A DNA stretch of 63,926 nt, filler included, from Octopus bimaculoides (GCF_001194135.2; 3 parts of 3 records of this genome joined end to end with filler, not necessarily neighbours in it), one strand, 5' to 3'; positions 11,488 to 23,550 are shown, counted from the whole stretch's first letter. Translations and numbers: made by a program. The notes: a model not told the origin generated them from the sequence alone.

Positions 11488-11614
11488 TAGGGTGTCCACA
11501 AAGTCTGGGTACATGGGGATTAACACATACTTTAAGAAATTATTATTTCTTATATTTAGTTGTTTATGCTATGATTTTATTTACTCCATGTACCCAGACT
11601 TTGTGGACACCCTG
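11488..11614. mobile_element. Tc1/mariner-type MITE, 127 bp
   Basis: About 29-bp TIRs (C/T)AGGGTGTCCACAAAGTCTGGGTACATGG, TA duplication. Confidence 0.9.
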
Positions 11615-11944
11615 TATAATGGTCTCTGCTTCACAGAGCTAGCTAGTCTCATACCTCCTCTACTCAGGAGTGCCTCCTATCTTACACATGTTTCTTTCTC
11701 TCATCCCCATTTTGTGTCCAACCGCTCAAGCCCTGCACTATTCACTACACTTAATCCTTTCACCCAAGAATACCAATTTTCTTCAACTCTCACCCTGTTT
11801 GCTCATTGTGTCAACTTGCAATAATTTAAGCAAAATATTAATAGCATCAGTCCAACCAGTCTAGAGGGGTCCCTGGCAAGGTCTTAAGAACTGCCTCTCT
11901 CCTCCAAATTTACCAAGTAAAATACAACAAAACCTTATAGAATA

Positions 11945-12159
11945 TTGATTTCAAATTTTGGCTCAAGGTCATCAATTTCAGGGGTGGGGGTAAATCGATT
12001 AGATCGACTCCAGTGTTCAACTGCTACTTATTTTATTGACCCTGAAACGATGAAAGGCAAAGCCAACCATGGCAGTATTTGAACCCAGAATGAAAAGACA
12101 GACAAAATGCTGCTAAGAATTTTGCCTTGTGTGCTAACAATTCTGCCAACTTGCCACCT
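11945..12159 (-). mobile_element. SINE family B
   Basis: Homology to the family consensus seen in the window. Confidence 0.8.
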
Positions 12160-12161
12160 AA

Positions 12162-12573
12162 CTCTCTTTTACTCTCTTTTACTTGTTTCAGTCATTTGAC
12201 TGACGCCATGCTGGAGCACTGCCTTTAGTCAAGCAAATCGACCTCAGGACTTATTCTTTGGAAGCCTAGTACTTATTCTATCAGTCTCTGTTGCCGAACC
12301 ACTAAGTTACGGGGATGTAAACACACCAGCATTGGTTGTCAAGCGATGTTGGGGGTACAAACACAGACACACAAACACACACACACACATATATGCATAT
12401 ACATATATATGATGGGCTTCTTGTCAGTTTCTGTCTACCAAATCCACTCACAAGGCTTTGGTCGGCCTGAGGGTATAGTAGAAGACACTTGCCCAAGGTG
12501 CCACGCAGTGGGATTGAACCTGGAACCATGTGGTTGGTAAGCAAGCTACTTACCACACAGCCACTCCTGCACC
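12162..12573 (-). mobile_element. SINE family A, full length
   Basis: Near-identical to 7783-8250. Confidence 0.9.
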
Positions 12574-12729
12574 TTAGAAGAAAAAAAGAGAAAAACTTAT
12601 AGAATATTGATATAAAATGTTCATAAATATGTTATACAATAAGCCACAGACATAAAGACTACACTACAACATTAAAAACATTATTAAAGATGCTGTTACA
12701 GAAGATTATTGACTTAGCAATTAGATTTC

Positions 12730-12995
12730 ATTGTGAAAGCATGTGACCTAGTAATTAGGGCATTGAAATCATATTTGTAAGATCATGATTTCAATTTCTA
12801 GACTGGGTAGTGCATTGTGTTTATGAGCAAAATATTTCATTTTATGTTGCTCCAGTCTGCTTAGCTGTAAATGGGTTCTGGCAATAACTAGGAAGTTAAC
12901 CATGCGACTGATCAGTGTCTAGTTCAGGAGAGAGTGTTGTAGTCTCAGTCAATTACACACTGGAAAATAGGGTTAAATTTGGGCCCCAGTGAATC
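12730..12995 (+). mobile_element. Diverged SINE, family D-type head with V-domain-like body
   Basis: gtgacctagtaattagg head, gagcaaaa...tttcattttatgttgctccagtc shared with family D. Confidence 0.55.
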
Positions 12996-13734
12996 AGTGT
13001 TAAAAGATTAAGAATTGTTGCACCACACATCAAATGTAAAAACTCATCATCTCCAGAAATCATATTTGGAAACTGATGGGCTTAATGGAACTAAGGCATC
13101 TTCAAGAATATTTTATATTAATTTCTTTACTTTTTGTTTTAATATAAAAATGTCTTTGATTCTAAAAAGTTGCTGATTTAAAGAAAAAGTATTTTTTTAA
13201 CAACTGCAGTGTGGAAGGTGTTTATAAGCCATTTAAAAACACGCGAAGATGCAGCATGGAATTTTGTCAGTGAACAGGTCGTGATTTCAAAGCAACGAAA
13301 ATATTTTGGCAACCATTACCAAAGGCCTTCACCTCTGCCTCCACCACTACATGCTGTTTGAATTAAAAAGTGGCTCTTCAAGAATGGTAGTGACAAGAAA
13401 TATTTGTTTTGTCTAAGGAAATGAAGCTTTCAGTGTCNNNNNNNNNNNNNNNNNNNNNNNNNNNNNNNNNNNNNNNNNNNNNNNNNNNNNNNNNNNNNNN
13501 NNNNNNNNNNNNNNNNNNNNNNNNNNNNNNNNNNNNNNNNNNNNNNNNNNNNNNNNNNNNNNNNNNNNNNNNNNNNNNNNNNNNNNNNNNNNNNNNNNNN
13601 NNNNNNNNNNNNNNNNNNNNNNNNNNNNNNNNNNNNNNNNNNNNNNNNNNNNNNNNNNNNNNNNNNNNNNNNNNNNNNNNNNNNNNNNNNNNNNNNNNNN
13701 NNNNNNNNNNNNNNNNNNNNNNNNNNNNNNNNNN

Positions 13735-14517
13735 TAGAAAAGTACTTCAATACAACTTGCACTTCGATCATAAAACACCTTCATGAATTAGGAAAACTGT
13801 TTATAATTGGTCAGTAGATATCGATTGAAGACTTGCCCTCTGAAGAGTAGACTTATTACCGAACCTTTCCTGAGTAAAACCATCACAAATGATGAAAAGG
13901 GGGTTCTTTATAATCTTATCCCATGAAAACAACAATGGTTAGCATCCAATGAAAAAGGAGAACCTATCCACAAACCAGGACTACACCTGAAAACCATTAT
14001 ACTCTATGTGATATGAAGGGTATCATCTATCATAAAGTATTAAACTAAAATAAAACAGCTAATGTGAAGTATTGTCACCAACTGGAAGCATTGCACAAAA
14101 ATTTGTAGATAAAACACCTATCATTGGTCAGCCATAAGAAGGTATTGTTCTAATAAATGCAAGAGCATATATTATTCATGTCACACAAGAACAGGTCATG
14201 GTACTAAATATGGAAGTTTTGCCTCATCTTCCTTACTCTTCTGACTGTGCTCCATCTTTTCCCATCATTGCAATGTTATTTGAAAGGAAAACAGTTTATT
14301 AATTGTGAAGAGATAAAAAATATTATTGACTGTTTTTTACTTTGAAACTTGAAGAATTTTGCACCCAAGAAATCAACAGTTTGCTAAACAGATGGGAAAA
14401 TGCTATCAGTAATGAGAGGGAAATAATATCTTGATTAAATATATTAATTAAGACCATGGAAGCATTTGTTTCATTCTCATTTTGAAGTGCAACAAGATTT
14501 TCTTTCTAACGTAATAT
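13735..14517 (+). mobile_element. Mariner transposase pseudogene (3' two-thirds) with degraded right TIR
   Basis: Fragments TNDEKGVLY (TGDEKW), KPGLHLK (KPGLHPK), GIIYHKVL, EVLPHLPYSSDCAPS (WEVLPHPPYSPDLAPS), RWE; multiple stops and frameshifts. Confidence 0.85.
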
Positions 14518-15028
14518 TTTCTGAGGTATGAAAATGAATTTAACAGTTTTTGAGTGCTTTTAGATGGCTAGAATGGCTTTTCCGCAATGTAACTTCAGAT
14601 TCTTAATGTGATTAGGAAAGCATCAATGTCACACAGTCTCATTTACTTTCTCCCTCTCTTATAAATCTGTGGTAGGCAGCATACTTTTGTAAGAAACCAA
14701 TAATGTTATGGTTAACCAGAATAATTCTGATAGCAATGCAAATATACATAGTGAAAACAAAGTTCATGTTGACAGAGAGGAATAAAGCATTTCCTTAATA
14801 AGAGGAGAATAAAAAATTCCCTTAAAGGAAGAGGGTTAAAAAAACAAAACAAAAGGGAGGAGAATATAAAAATAGAAATTATTTTTCTAATTAAGTAACA
14901 AAAAAAGAAACAACAACTTCAAGATGGAGAACAACTAATCAAAAGATCAATAAACTTAATTCTATCAAAATCATATTAAGTCCGTGGTGATTAAATTGGC
15001 AGCAAAGGAAAAAAATTAACAAAGTAAC

Positions 15029-15102
15029 CATTCACAAAGTCAGCGCATGTTTCCAAATACTCTGGTGTGTCAATCAAATTCTTAATTAAATGTTGTAAGG
15101 TC
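15029..15102 (-). CDS. Putative 74-nt exon (R)TLQHLIKNLIDTPEYLETCADFVN(G)
   Basis: Open frame; phase 2 in and phase 1 out fit both neighbouring candidates; donor ATG|GTTACT is weak. Confidence 0.45.
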
Positions 15103-15574
15103 CTGACAGATTATATTCAAGTTACCATTTAATTCTTTTTACCCAATATTTTTTTACTGTTTTAGAATGTTAGCNNNNNNNNNNNNNNNNNNNNNNNNNN
15201 NNNNNNNNNNNNNNNNNNNNNNNNNNNNNNNNNNNNNNNNNNNNNNNNNNNNNNNNNNNNNNNNNNNNNNNNNNNNNNNNNNNNNNNNNNNNNNNNNNAT
15301 ATATATATATGTATATATATATATGAATGTATGTATGTATGTAAAGTGTGTGTGTGTGTGTGTGTTTCTGTGTGGTGTGCGTGTTTCTGTGTGGTGTGCG
15401 TGAAAGTGAATCCTGAAATGCTATGAATTACAAACTGTCACACTGAGCAGAAATAATTCAGTTTTATATTGTGATTTGGATATTGATTGTTGCTGACAAT
15501 CTGTTGCATCGGTTCACCAATAATGTACTATGGAGCACTGGTATCCTGCAGAGTGTAACTAGGTGCACTGCAAA

Positions 15575-15730
15575 AATAATCATTTCTAACACAGGCATAG
15601 GGTGAAGGATCTAGAAAGAGGTGTCGGTCGATAAAATTTACTCCAGCGCTTGACTTGCGTTTTAGTTTTGATCATTTCCAGAAGGATAGAAACAAGGCTG
15701 AACTCGGCTGGATTTGAACTCTGAATGTAA
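15575..15730 (-). mobile_element. SINE family B, highly diverged
   Basis: aacacaggcatagg...gatttgaactctgaatgtaa homology. Confidence 0.55.
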
Positions 15731-16008
15731 ATGTCTGGGTTTAGTTAGTTTAAAGTGACAAGAAACTCTCAAGAGATCTGAACAGCAGAAGGTCTTCAGA
15801 GAAGAAACCCCACACAGGCAAGTGTCTCAGCCCTTAACTTCTTACACTTTAAGGAAGCTGGATTGCATCCAAGTCATGATTCCTGGATACCCATCTGCTG
15901 ACACTTTCAAGCCACTTGGATATTGGAGACTTGTGCATTTAAACCACTTGAAAATTTCATCTAGTTGGAACTCTTCACCATTGACTCAGCTTTCAAACTT
16001 ATACTTAA

Positions 16009-16231
16009 CCCATTAAGTCCCACTGTCCTATAAATAGGACACTAAATGAGAACATTAAATAAGCTTTATCACATTGTCTCAGTGTCCTATTTATAGGACA
16101 CTGATTATTTCCATTTCTACTTGAAGTAAAGGAGTTTTAAGGATTATTGTTTTCATTTTAACCAATTTTCAATCATCTGTAAAAATTTAAAAGTAATATT
16201 CAGAAATTAAAGTACTCTGGGACTTAATGGG
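16009..16231. mobile_element. piggyBac-type MITE, 223 bp
   Basis: TTAA|CCCATTAAGTCCCA ... TGGGACTTAATGGG|TTAA. Confidence 0.9.
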
Positions 16232-16329
16232 TTAAAGCAGAAATAAAGTTGATTGTCATGGTAGCAGTGAAACGTTAGTGCCATCACAATGACTCAGAGT
16301 TACTTCCCTTAGCATTAGAATACAATATT

Positions 16330-16532
16330 AGAATATTCTTTTCTACTCTAGGCACAAGGCTAACATTTTGGGGGAGGGGTCAGTTGATTAGACTGACCCA
16401 GTATGCAACTGGTACTTAATTTATTGAACCCAAAAGGATGAAAGGCAAAGTCAACCTCAGCAGAATTTGAACTCAGAATGTAAAGACAGACAAAATACCT
16501 GGCATGCTAATGTTTCTGCCAGTTTGCCACCT
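16330..16532 (-). mobile_element. SINE family B
   Basis: Homology. Confidence 0.85.
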
Positions 16533-16559
16533 TACAAATATAAATACTAAAATATTGCT

Positions 16560-16915
16560 TTCAAATGGTACAGAGGTCGATTTTGTTCCTCCTTGACCAA
16601 AACCAGCTGGAGCACCTTGCCACTGGCTCTGAGATTGCCTTTAAGGCTTTGGTCCTGTTCTTCCCAGAGACTGAGAGTTGTTTCATTAGATCATAAACAG
16701 ATTTGTCCACAAAATCTCTGGCTCCAACCTCTACAGTGAGTACTTTGACCAAGAAGTTGGCTTCCTTCAGGTTGTTGGCCAGACTGGTGTATCTTTCAGT
16801 CTTGAACACGTATGCTTCTTCAATTCTAATGTCAAACAGCATGGTGAGTTTAATCAAAATCAGTTGCTTTGATGAACTGGAATGGAGTATGATATCTAAA
16901 GGGTTAGCTTAAACT
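16560..16915 (-). mobile_element. HERO/NeSL-like non-LTR 3' fragment (RLE domain)
   Basis: LDIILHSSSSKQLILIKLTMLFDIRIEEAY..KTERY..L......VEVGARDFV...SSWFWSRR matches the PDI.....K..I..ELT.P.E....EA...K..KY...VEVG.RGF pattern. Confidence 0.7.
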
Positions 16916-16965
16916 TATGGAAGTCTTTTTCAAATAACCATAACCGAGATGCTTTTCCCCATTCT

Positions 16966-17158
16966 TATTTCTTTATTGGCCACAAGGGGCTAAACATAGT
17001 GGGGACAAACAAGGACAGACAAAGGGATTAAGACGATTACAGTGTCCCCAGTGCACAACTGATACTTAATTTATCGACCCAAAAGGATGAAAGGCAAAGT
17101 CAACCTCAGTGGAATTTGAACTCAGAACATAACGGCAGACGAAATACCGCTAAGCACC
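16966..17158 (-). mobile_element. SINE family B, 5'-truncated, 13-bp TSD
   Basis: TSD ttttccccattct at 16953-16965 and 17159-17171. Confidence 0.9.
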
Positions 17159-17394
17159 TTTTCCCCATTCTGTGCTATAGACCTCTGTCTCTCATTAGTT
17201 CAGTTTCATGTTGAGTATCCCTGTCAATAAAATTCACTCACAGGACATTAGTCACCCAGGGACTGTACTTGTCTGAGTTACTATGCAGTGGTGCTGATGA
17301 AGAAACAACATGGCTGAGAAATAAACTTCTTAACGATATGACCAGGCCTGCATGTGTTAGGTATTTTACAGCAGAAAATGTCTTAGAATTTTAC

Positions 17395-17490
17395 CTCAGA
17401 TGACAACAAGAAGACTCTTTTTGGACAAAGGGTAGATTGTACAATGTTTGTGTAGAAACTGTGATTTTGTATGGTAGAAAATTGTGGAGC
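17395..17490 (-). CDS. Putative 96-nt exon (R)LHNFLPYKITVSTQTLYNLPFVQKESSCCHL(R)
   Basis: Acceptor catttag, donor GAG|GTAAAA; open symmetric phase 2-2 frame. Confidence 0.4.
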
Positions 17491-18023
17491 CTAAATGCTT
17501 TGTGTGTACCAATGATAAGAAAAACTGAAGCAAAGATGATCCATTAAATGGGTAATATCACTGTTATATAAATGATGAGGTACAAATGAGCTGATATAAA
17601 AATCTAAAGCATGTGGTTAGTTCAGTATGATATAAAGTGTCTAACTTCTATTCCTGTTCTTTTGTATTTTTACTTAACTAGGGAGAAAGGGAGTATCCAT
17701 AACCCTCTGCAGGGCACTGGAAACTGATGTAAGGGAAATAGGAAGGTATTCTCAAAGTGAAGCTCTGACGTGAATGTTTGCAGCAGAGTAGGCTTCTACA
17801 GTAAAGGCACCCAAATAGGCCACAGTGAGACTTGAATTTAGAATGATGCATTTGAACTCAGAACAGATAAGTTCTTGATAGACCACTGTATTAGTACAGA
17901 TATGTAATGCATATGGATGATTTTAGTTGAGTAAAAAAAATGGCAAGGAATCAATATAGAAGGAAACTGTAGAAGAGGACGACACAGTCAGAAGTAGTGA
18001 AAGTTGATCTCAAGATGCTGAAC

Positions 18024-18072
18024 CTCAAAGGAATACGAGTAACAGGATTTGTTGGAGAGGACGTACCTAAAC
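18024..18072 (-). CDS. Putative 49-nt exon (G)LGTSSPTNPVTRIPL(R)
   Basis: Strong acceptor ttttccatgcttacag; weak donor GAG|GTTCAG; phases compatible with neighbours. Confidence 0.3.
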
Positions 18073-18368
18073 CTGTAAGCATGGAAAAGTAAATACAAAA
18101 GTGATGATGATGATGATGATGATGATGAAGATGATGACGAAGGTGGGGATGATGATGATGATGATGGTATATATAAATATTTGAAACAAGAATATTTTCT
18201 GATTTACTGTGATGTATATTAAAAATGGTTAAGATTTTCATTCATCATAAGATGGAATCACATATGTATTTGTACTCAAACCCTGATTGAACTGCAAACT
18301 GTTAGTTCAGGCAGGTTCCAATATACTATTCATTATACTACAGACCAGTATGTGATGCATGTAAATAC

Positions 18369-18405
18369 CCTCTGAGGCCCCAAAAGACTTCTTAAGAGCC
18401 AGGCT
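18369..18405 (-). CDS. Putative 37-nt exon SLALKKSFGASE(G)
   Basis: Long AG-free upstream zone ending acccag; donor AGG|GTATTT; chosen partly because the phase fits. Confidence 0.22.
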
Positions 18406-18974
18406 CTGGGTTTTGCATGAACAGCAGATGAGGGTCAAATTTTTTATTGGATACAAATGTAAAGAAGACAACATTTTTCAGCGATGTCTCCTACAGTCAT
18501 ATGTACAACACAGTTTTGCTTTACAATAACAACTTTTCAAATCAACCTGAACAATATTACTAAACAAAGACCTAAAGAAGATCAATATCACTGAATAAAG
18601 ATATATGCCATGACACAAACCACTGAGTGTGTTAGGGAAAAAATTGTCGGCAAGACTACAAACTATGAGACACTTCTGTCAGTTGATAAAGGTGGAAAAC
18701 TAAGTGACTTGGTCATGTAACAACACTGTTTAGCATAAATGTTCATGCATGGATAAGTCTTAGTGAAAAAAATTGTATATATGATGATCATAAATGGAGG
18801 GGTTGAGCAACCTCACAGAATAAACAGGAAAACGTAAGTTGGCAGATGACCAGGAAAGACAGAGGGAAGAGGATGTGTCTGTTGCTGCGTATCTAAGGTC
18901 TCCCTAGGTTTCAGAAATCGATAATTTGATTGATAGGTAGCTTTTAGCAAGTTCTCCCCCACCTAGTAGTAGTA

Positions 18975-19165
18975 ATTATTTCTAATATAGACACAAGGCC
19001 ATTAATTTTAGAGACAGGTGGGGAGCACTCGATTATATTAACTCCAGTACCTGACAGGTAGTTTATATTATCATCCCTGGAGGGATGAAGGGTAATATTG
19101 ACTTCGATAGGGTTTGAACTCAGAAAGTAAAGAGCTGGAACTAATACCGCAGGGTATTTTTTCTA
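18975..19165 (-). mobile_element. SINE family B, diverged
   Basis: Homology. Confidence 0.7.
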
Positions 19166-19271
19166 CTTTTTAATGATTCTGTCAATTCCCCCATCCTCCA
19201 CTCAAGTGTTAATAATTAAAAAGAAGTACTGCATCTGGTTAGTTCAGTGGGATATAAAGAGTCTTACTACT

Positions 19272-19315
<44 letters not shown>

Positions 19316-19489
19316 TAGCCAGGGTAAAGACCCTTTGCTGGGCCTTAGAAACTGATATAAAGGAAGGAGGAAGGTTTCTTCAAACTGGAGACATGACTTG
19401 GATGTCTGCTGCAACAGAGTAAGCTTCTCCAGTAAAGGCATCCAAAGAGTTGGTGGATTAAATCTACTATCAAAATAGGCCGAGACTTC

Positions 19490-20100
19490 AAAGGTTTCAA
19501 ATTTTGGCACAAGGCCAGCAATTTTTGGAGGGGGTGTAAGTCAATTAAATCGACCCCCATGTTCAACTGGTATTTGTTTTATCAACCCTGGAAGGTAAAG
19601 TGGATCCTGGCAGAATTTGAACTCAGAATGTGAAGATGGATGAAATGCCTCTGAGAATTTTATCTGGCATGCTAACAATTCTGTCAGCTCATCACCTTAC
19701 TTGGAAGAAATAGTGCTAAGCATTTCATGTAATACTCTTATGATTTTGCCAGTTCACTGTGTTAGGTTGGTATTCCAGAAGGATAAAAGACAAAATTGAC
19801 CTTGACTGGATTTGAACACAGAACAGTATAGATATCCAGTATAAATATTGATTTAAAATTTTGGCACAAGGCCAGCAATTTCGGTGAAGGGATAAGTCAG
19901 TTAGATTGATCCCCAACATTCAACTATTGACCCCAAAAGGCAAAGTCGACCTTGACGCAATTTGAACTTAGAATGTAAAGACAAAAAAAAAAATACTGCT
20001 GAGTATTTTGCTTGGTGTGTTAACAATTCTACTAGCTCACTATCTATAAATGTTACAATGCATTTTGTCTGATACGCTAACAATTCAGCCAATTCATCAA
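19490..20100. mobile_element. Cluster of SINE family B copies (19490-19700 minus, 19730-19830 fragment, 19850-20100 minus)
   Basis: Repeated ttttggcacaaggccagcaatt 3' ends and atttgaactcagaa B-box motifs. Confidence 0.75.
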
Positions 20101-20242
20101 AGGACAATTTAAGCATATGCACACCAACCCCTTGATGTCAAAGTGTCACTGATGATTTTAAAAAGATGGCCTACAGTCGATGAGGACACAAGTTTAAATC
20201 TTATAATGGGTATTTTCTAATTTGTTGTTATTTTAAGTATAA

Positions 20243-20555
20243 TCATCGTTTAATGTCTACTTTCCATGCTAGTATGGGTTGGACGATTTGACTCAGGACT
20301 GGTGAACCAGATGGCTGCACCAGGCTCCAATCTGATTTGGCTGAGTTTCTACAGCTGGATGCCCTTCCTAATGCCAACCACTCCGACAGTGTAGTGGGTG
20401 CTTTTACATGCCACCAGCACGAAGGCCAGTCAGGAGGTACTGGCAATGGCCACACTCAAAATGGTGTATTTTACGTGCCACCTGCACAGGAGCGAGTCCA
20501 GCGGTACTGGCAACGAACTCGTTTGAATGTCTTTTCACGTGCCACCGGCACATGC
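20243..20555 (-). mobile_element. Family C element with three ~65-bp internal repeat units
   Basis: Homology to 22222-22690. Confidence 0.85.
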
Positions 20556-20857
20556 ATAATTCTGCTTGTCTAATATGAAAAAAAGAAAAGAAGATTCCAC
20601 TCAGCTTCTATTCATTTGGTTTGAAAGGGAAGACACATGAGGATATTCTTGCTGCTGGGAGAGAACCTTTCTTCCCATCAAAAATATATAGAGGTACAGG
20701 TATGGATGTGTAATGAAGGAAATTGCTGCAAAGCTACATAGTTCCAGGTTTAGTTTTATTGTGTAGCACCTTGGATAAATGCCTTCTACTCTTGCCTTAG
20801 GCTGACCAATGCCTTGTGAGTGAAAATGGTTAGCAGATACTGCAAGCCTGCATGGAA

Positions 20858-21081
20858 AGGTGGTGAGCTGGCAGAAACGTTAGCAAGCCGGGTGAAATGC
20901 TTAGTGGTATTTCGTCTGCTGCTACGTTCTGAGTTCAAATTTCGCCGAGGTCGACTTTGCCTTTCATCCTTTCGGGGTCGATTAAATAAGTACCAGTTAT
21001 GCACTGGGATCGATAAAATCTACTTATCCTTGTTTGTCCCCTCTGTGTGTAGCCCCTTGTGGGCAGTAAAGAAATAAGAAA
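20858..21081 (+). mobile_element. SINE family B, full length, 10-bp TSD
   Basis: TSD ctgcatggaa at 20848-20857 and 21082-21091. Confidence 0.9.
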
Positions 21082-21127
21082 CTGCATGGAAGCCTATCAC
21101 ACATACATACATGCATTTTTTATCGTT

Positions 21128-21574
21128 TATCTTTTACTTGTTTCAGTCATTAGGCTGTGACCATGCTGGGGCATCATCTTGAAGAAGCTTTAATTGAATG
21201 AGTTGAATCCTGTACTTTTTTTTTCTTTTAAGCCTGGTACTTATTATATCAGTCTCTTTTGTCAAATCACTAGGTTATATGGACATAAACACGCCAACAC
21301 CAATTGTCAAGCAGTGGTAAGGGACAAATACAGGCACAAAGACACGTGCAAGCGCGCATACACACACGCACACACACACACACACACACGCACGCACATA
21401 CATATATATATACACGATGGGCGTCTTCCATTTCCCATTTACCAAATCCACCCACAAAGCTTTGGTCAGCCCAAAGCTGTTGTAGAGAAGACACTTGCCT
21501 AAGGTGCTACATAGTGAGATTGGACCCTCAACTATGTGGTTGGGAAGCTAGCTTCTTACCACACAACCACGCCT
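21128..21574 (-). mobile_element. SINE family A variant with internal (CA)n
   Basis: Homology. Confidence 0.85.
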
Positions 21575-21752
21575 AATAACTTCATTTGAGTGTTAACCCT
21601 GGAGTTAAGCTCATTCATGAGTCCTAGCTAGCAGACAGACAGTAATCCATAGACTATTTTATCAAATACATACCTGAAAATCCACAATTATTTGCAGAGG
21701 TTTCACAATTATAAACAAGGAGAATGGAGCAAGCAACTTTTACACATAATTC

Positions 21753-21986
21753 TTATTTCTTTATTGCCCACAAGGGGCTAAACATAGAGGGGACAAACAA
21801 GGACAGACAAAGGGATTAAGTTGATTATATCGACCCCAGTGCCTAACTGGTACTTAATTTATTGACCCTGAAAGGATGAAAGGCAAAGTCAACCTTGGCG
21901 GAATTTGAACTCAGAACGTAACGGCAGATGAAATACCTCTAAGCATTTTGCCAGGCGTGCTAACGTTTCTGCCAGCTCGTCACCTT
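21753..21986 (-). mobile_element. SINE family B, full length, TSD cacataattct
   Basis: The 11-bp TSD is present on both sides of the element. Confidence 0.9.
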
Positions 21987-22221
21987 TCACATAATTCTGA
22001 TGAGTCAAATTGTGAAATGTGTCAATGACTCTTCATGAATAAATAGTTACATATGTTATTGAGTTATATAGCAAATTTATTGTTTTTACATGAATTCCAT
22101 ATGGTTACAATTGTTTCATAATCTTCTCTATGTAGTATCATTAATTTCAACATTCCAAGTTGTATACAAATCATATGCATTCAAATCATATACATTCATT
22201 TTACCTCGATATACATACATA

Positions 22222-22690
22222 CCATCATCATCATCATCATTTAATGTCCGCCTTCCATGTTAGCATGGGTTGGACGATTTGACTGAGGTCTGGTGAACCA
22301 GAAGGCTGCACCAGGCTCCAATCTGATCTGGCAGAGGTTCTACAGCTGGATGCCCTTCCTAATGCCAACCACACCAAGAGTGTAGTGGGTACTTTTACGT
22401 GCCACTGGCACGAGGGCCAGTCAGGCAGTACTGGCAATGGCCACGCTCAAAATGGTGTTTTTACATGCCACCTGCACAGGAGCCAGTCCAGGGGCACTGG
22501 CAATGACCTCACTCAAATATTTATTCATGTGGCACTGGCAGAAGAGCCATTAAGGCAACGCTGCTAATGATCACGCTCAAATGGTGCTATTTACGTGCCA
22601 CTGGCACGGAAGTCAGACAGCTGCACTGGCAATGAGCATGCTCGGATGGTGCTCTTAGCGCTCCACTGGCACAGGTGCCAGTCATCGAAT
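22222..22690 (-). mobile_element. Family C element with five ~65-bp tandem units and (GAT)n tail
   Basis: Units begin near 22391, 22461, 22526, 22591, 22656, each with a GTGCCACCGGCAC-like hairpin. Confidence 0.85.
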
Positions 22691-22921
22691 TTAATACAAT
22701 TGTATATTCACATAGTGATGTATATAAGAGAAAACTAACTCATATATTCATATATACTGGAACATCATGGATACATCCACTATTTAACTCTGTTACACAA
22801 ACAAGACTCACTCACTTTATACACAATGTATGGAAAGCCAAAATTGGAGGTAGATACAATAATTCGATTTATATAAGAAACAATTATTAAAAAAAAACAG
22901 TAAATAGTCCTGCTAAATCAC

Positions 22922-22958
22922 ATTCTTCCCCAAATGAGCCCTCTTAAACCTGGCCTTA
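22922..22958 (-). CDS. Putative 37-nt exon (L)KARFKRAHLGKN
   Basis: Very strong acceptor tgtattttcttttgattgtttccag; donor AAT|GTGATT. Confidence 0.3.
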
Positions 22959-23278
22959 CTGGAAACAATCAAAAGAAAATACAGATATTTTACTATGCAA
23001 AACAAACATGACAAAAATATACCATGGCAAGTTAATTGATGCCAATCATTAATAACAAAAACCAGAACAAAATTCCTCATAACAAAAACATGATTGGAAA
23101 CCACAGCAATCAAAGTTTATAGGATTATCATTAAATTGCAGATGGAGACAGTCAAGTACTGAATTCAACCGGAAAATTGTAATTGATAGTTATGGGTGAC
23201 CGTTTGTAGACAGATTGACAGAACAAAAGTGAGATAGACTTGAAAAATTTATGCATGAATACATATATATGTATATAT

Positions 23279-23279
<1 letters not shown>

Positions 23280-23343
<64 letters not shown>

Positions 23344-23550
23344 TTAACGTCTGCTTTCCATGTTGGCATAGTTTGGACGGTTTGATGGAAAAACTGGTAA
23401 GCCAGGGAGCTGCACTAGGTTCCAATCTGATTTGGCAAGGTTTCTATGGCTGGATGCTCTTCCTAACACCAACCACTCCGAGAGTGTAGTGGGTTTTTTT
23501 TTTATGTGCCACAGGCACAGGTGCCATTGATCTGACACCAGTATCAGCCA
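23280..23550 (-). mobile_element. Family C element with long (GAT)n tail and internal repeat deletion
   Basis: Homology; jumps from the first repeat unit to the last. Confidence 0.8.

Noticed and set aside
13845-13875. CTGAAGAG as a hammerhead core (also at 2226 and 44356)
   Set aside because: No correctly placed GAAA or stems; two of the three lie inside TE coding sequence.
21675-21750. Alternative minus-strand exon with strong CAG|GTATGT donor
   Set aside because: Its acceptor would be the purine-rich SINE tail; left out of the gene model pending RNA evidence.
22391-22690. CRISPR-like palindromic repeat array
   Set aside because: Eukaryotic SINE context, inter-hairpin sequences are homologous to each other, no cas genes.
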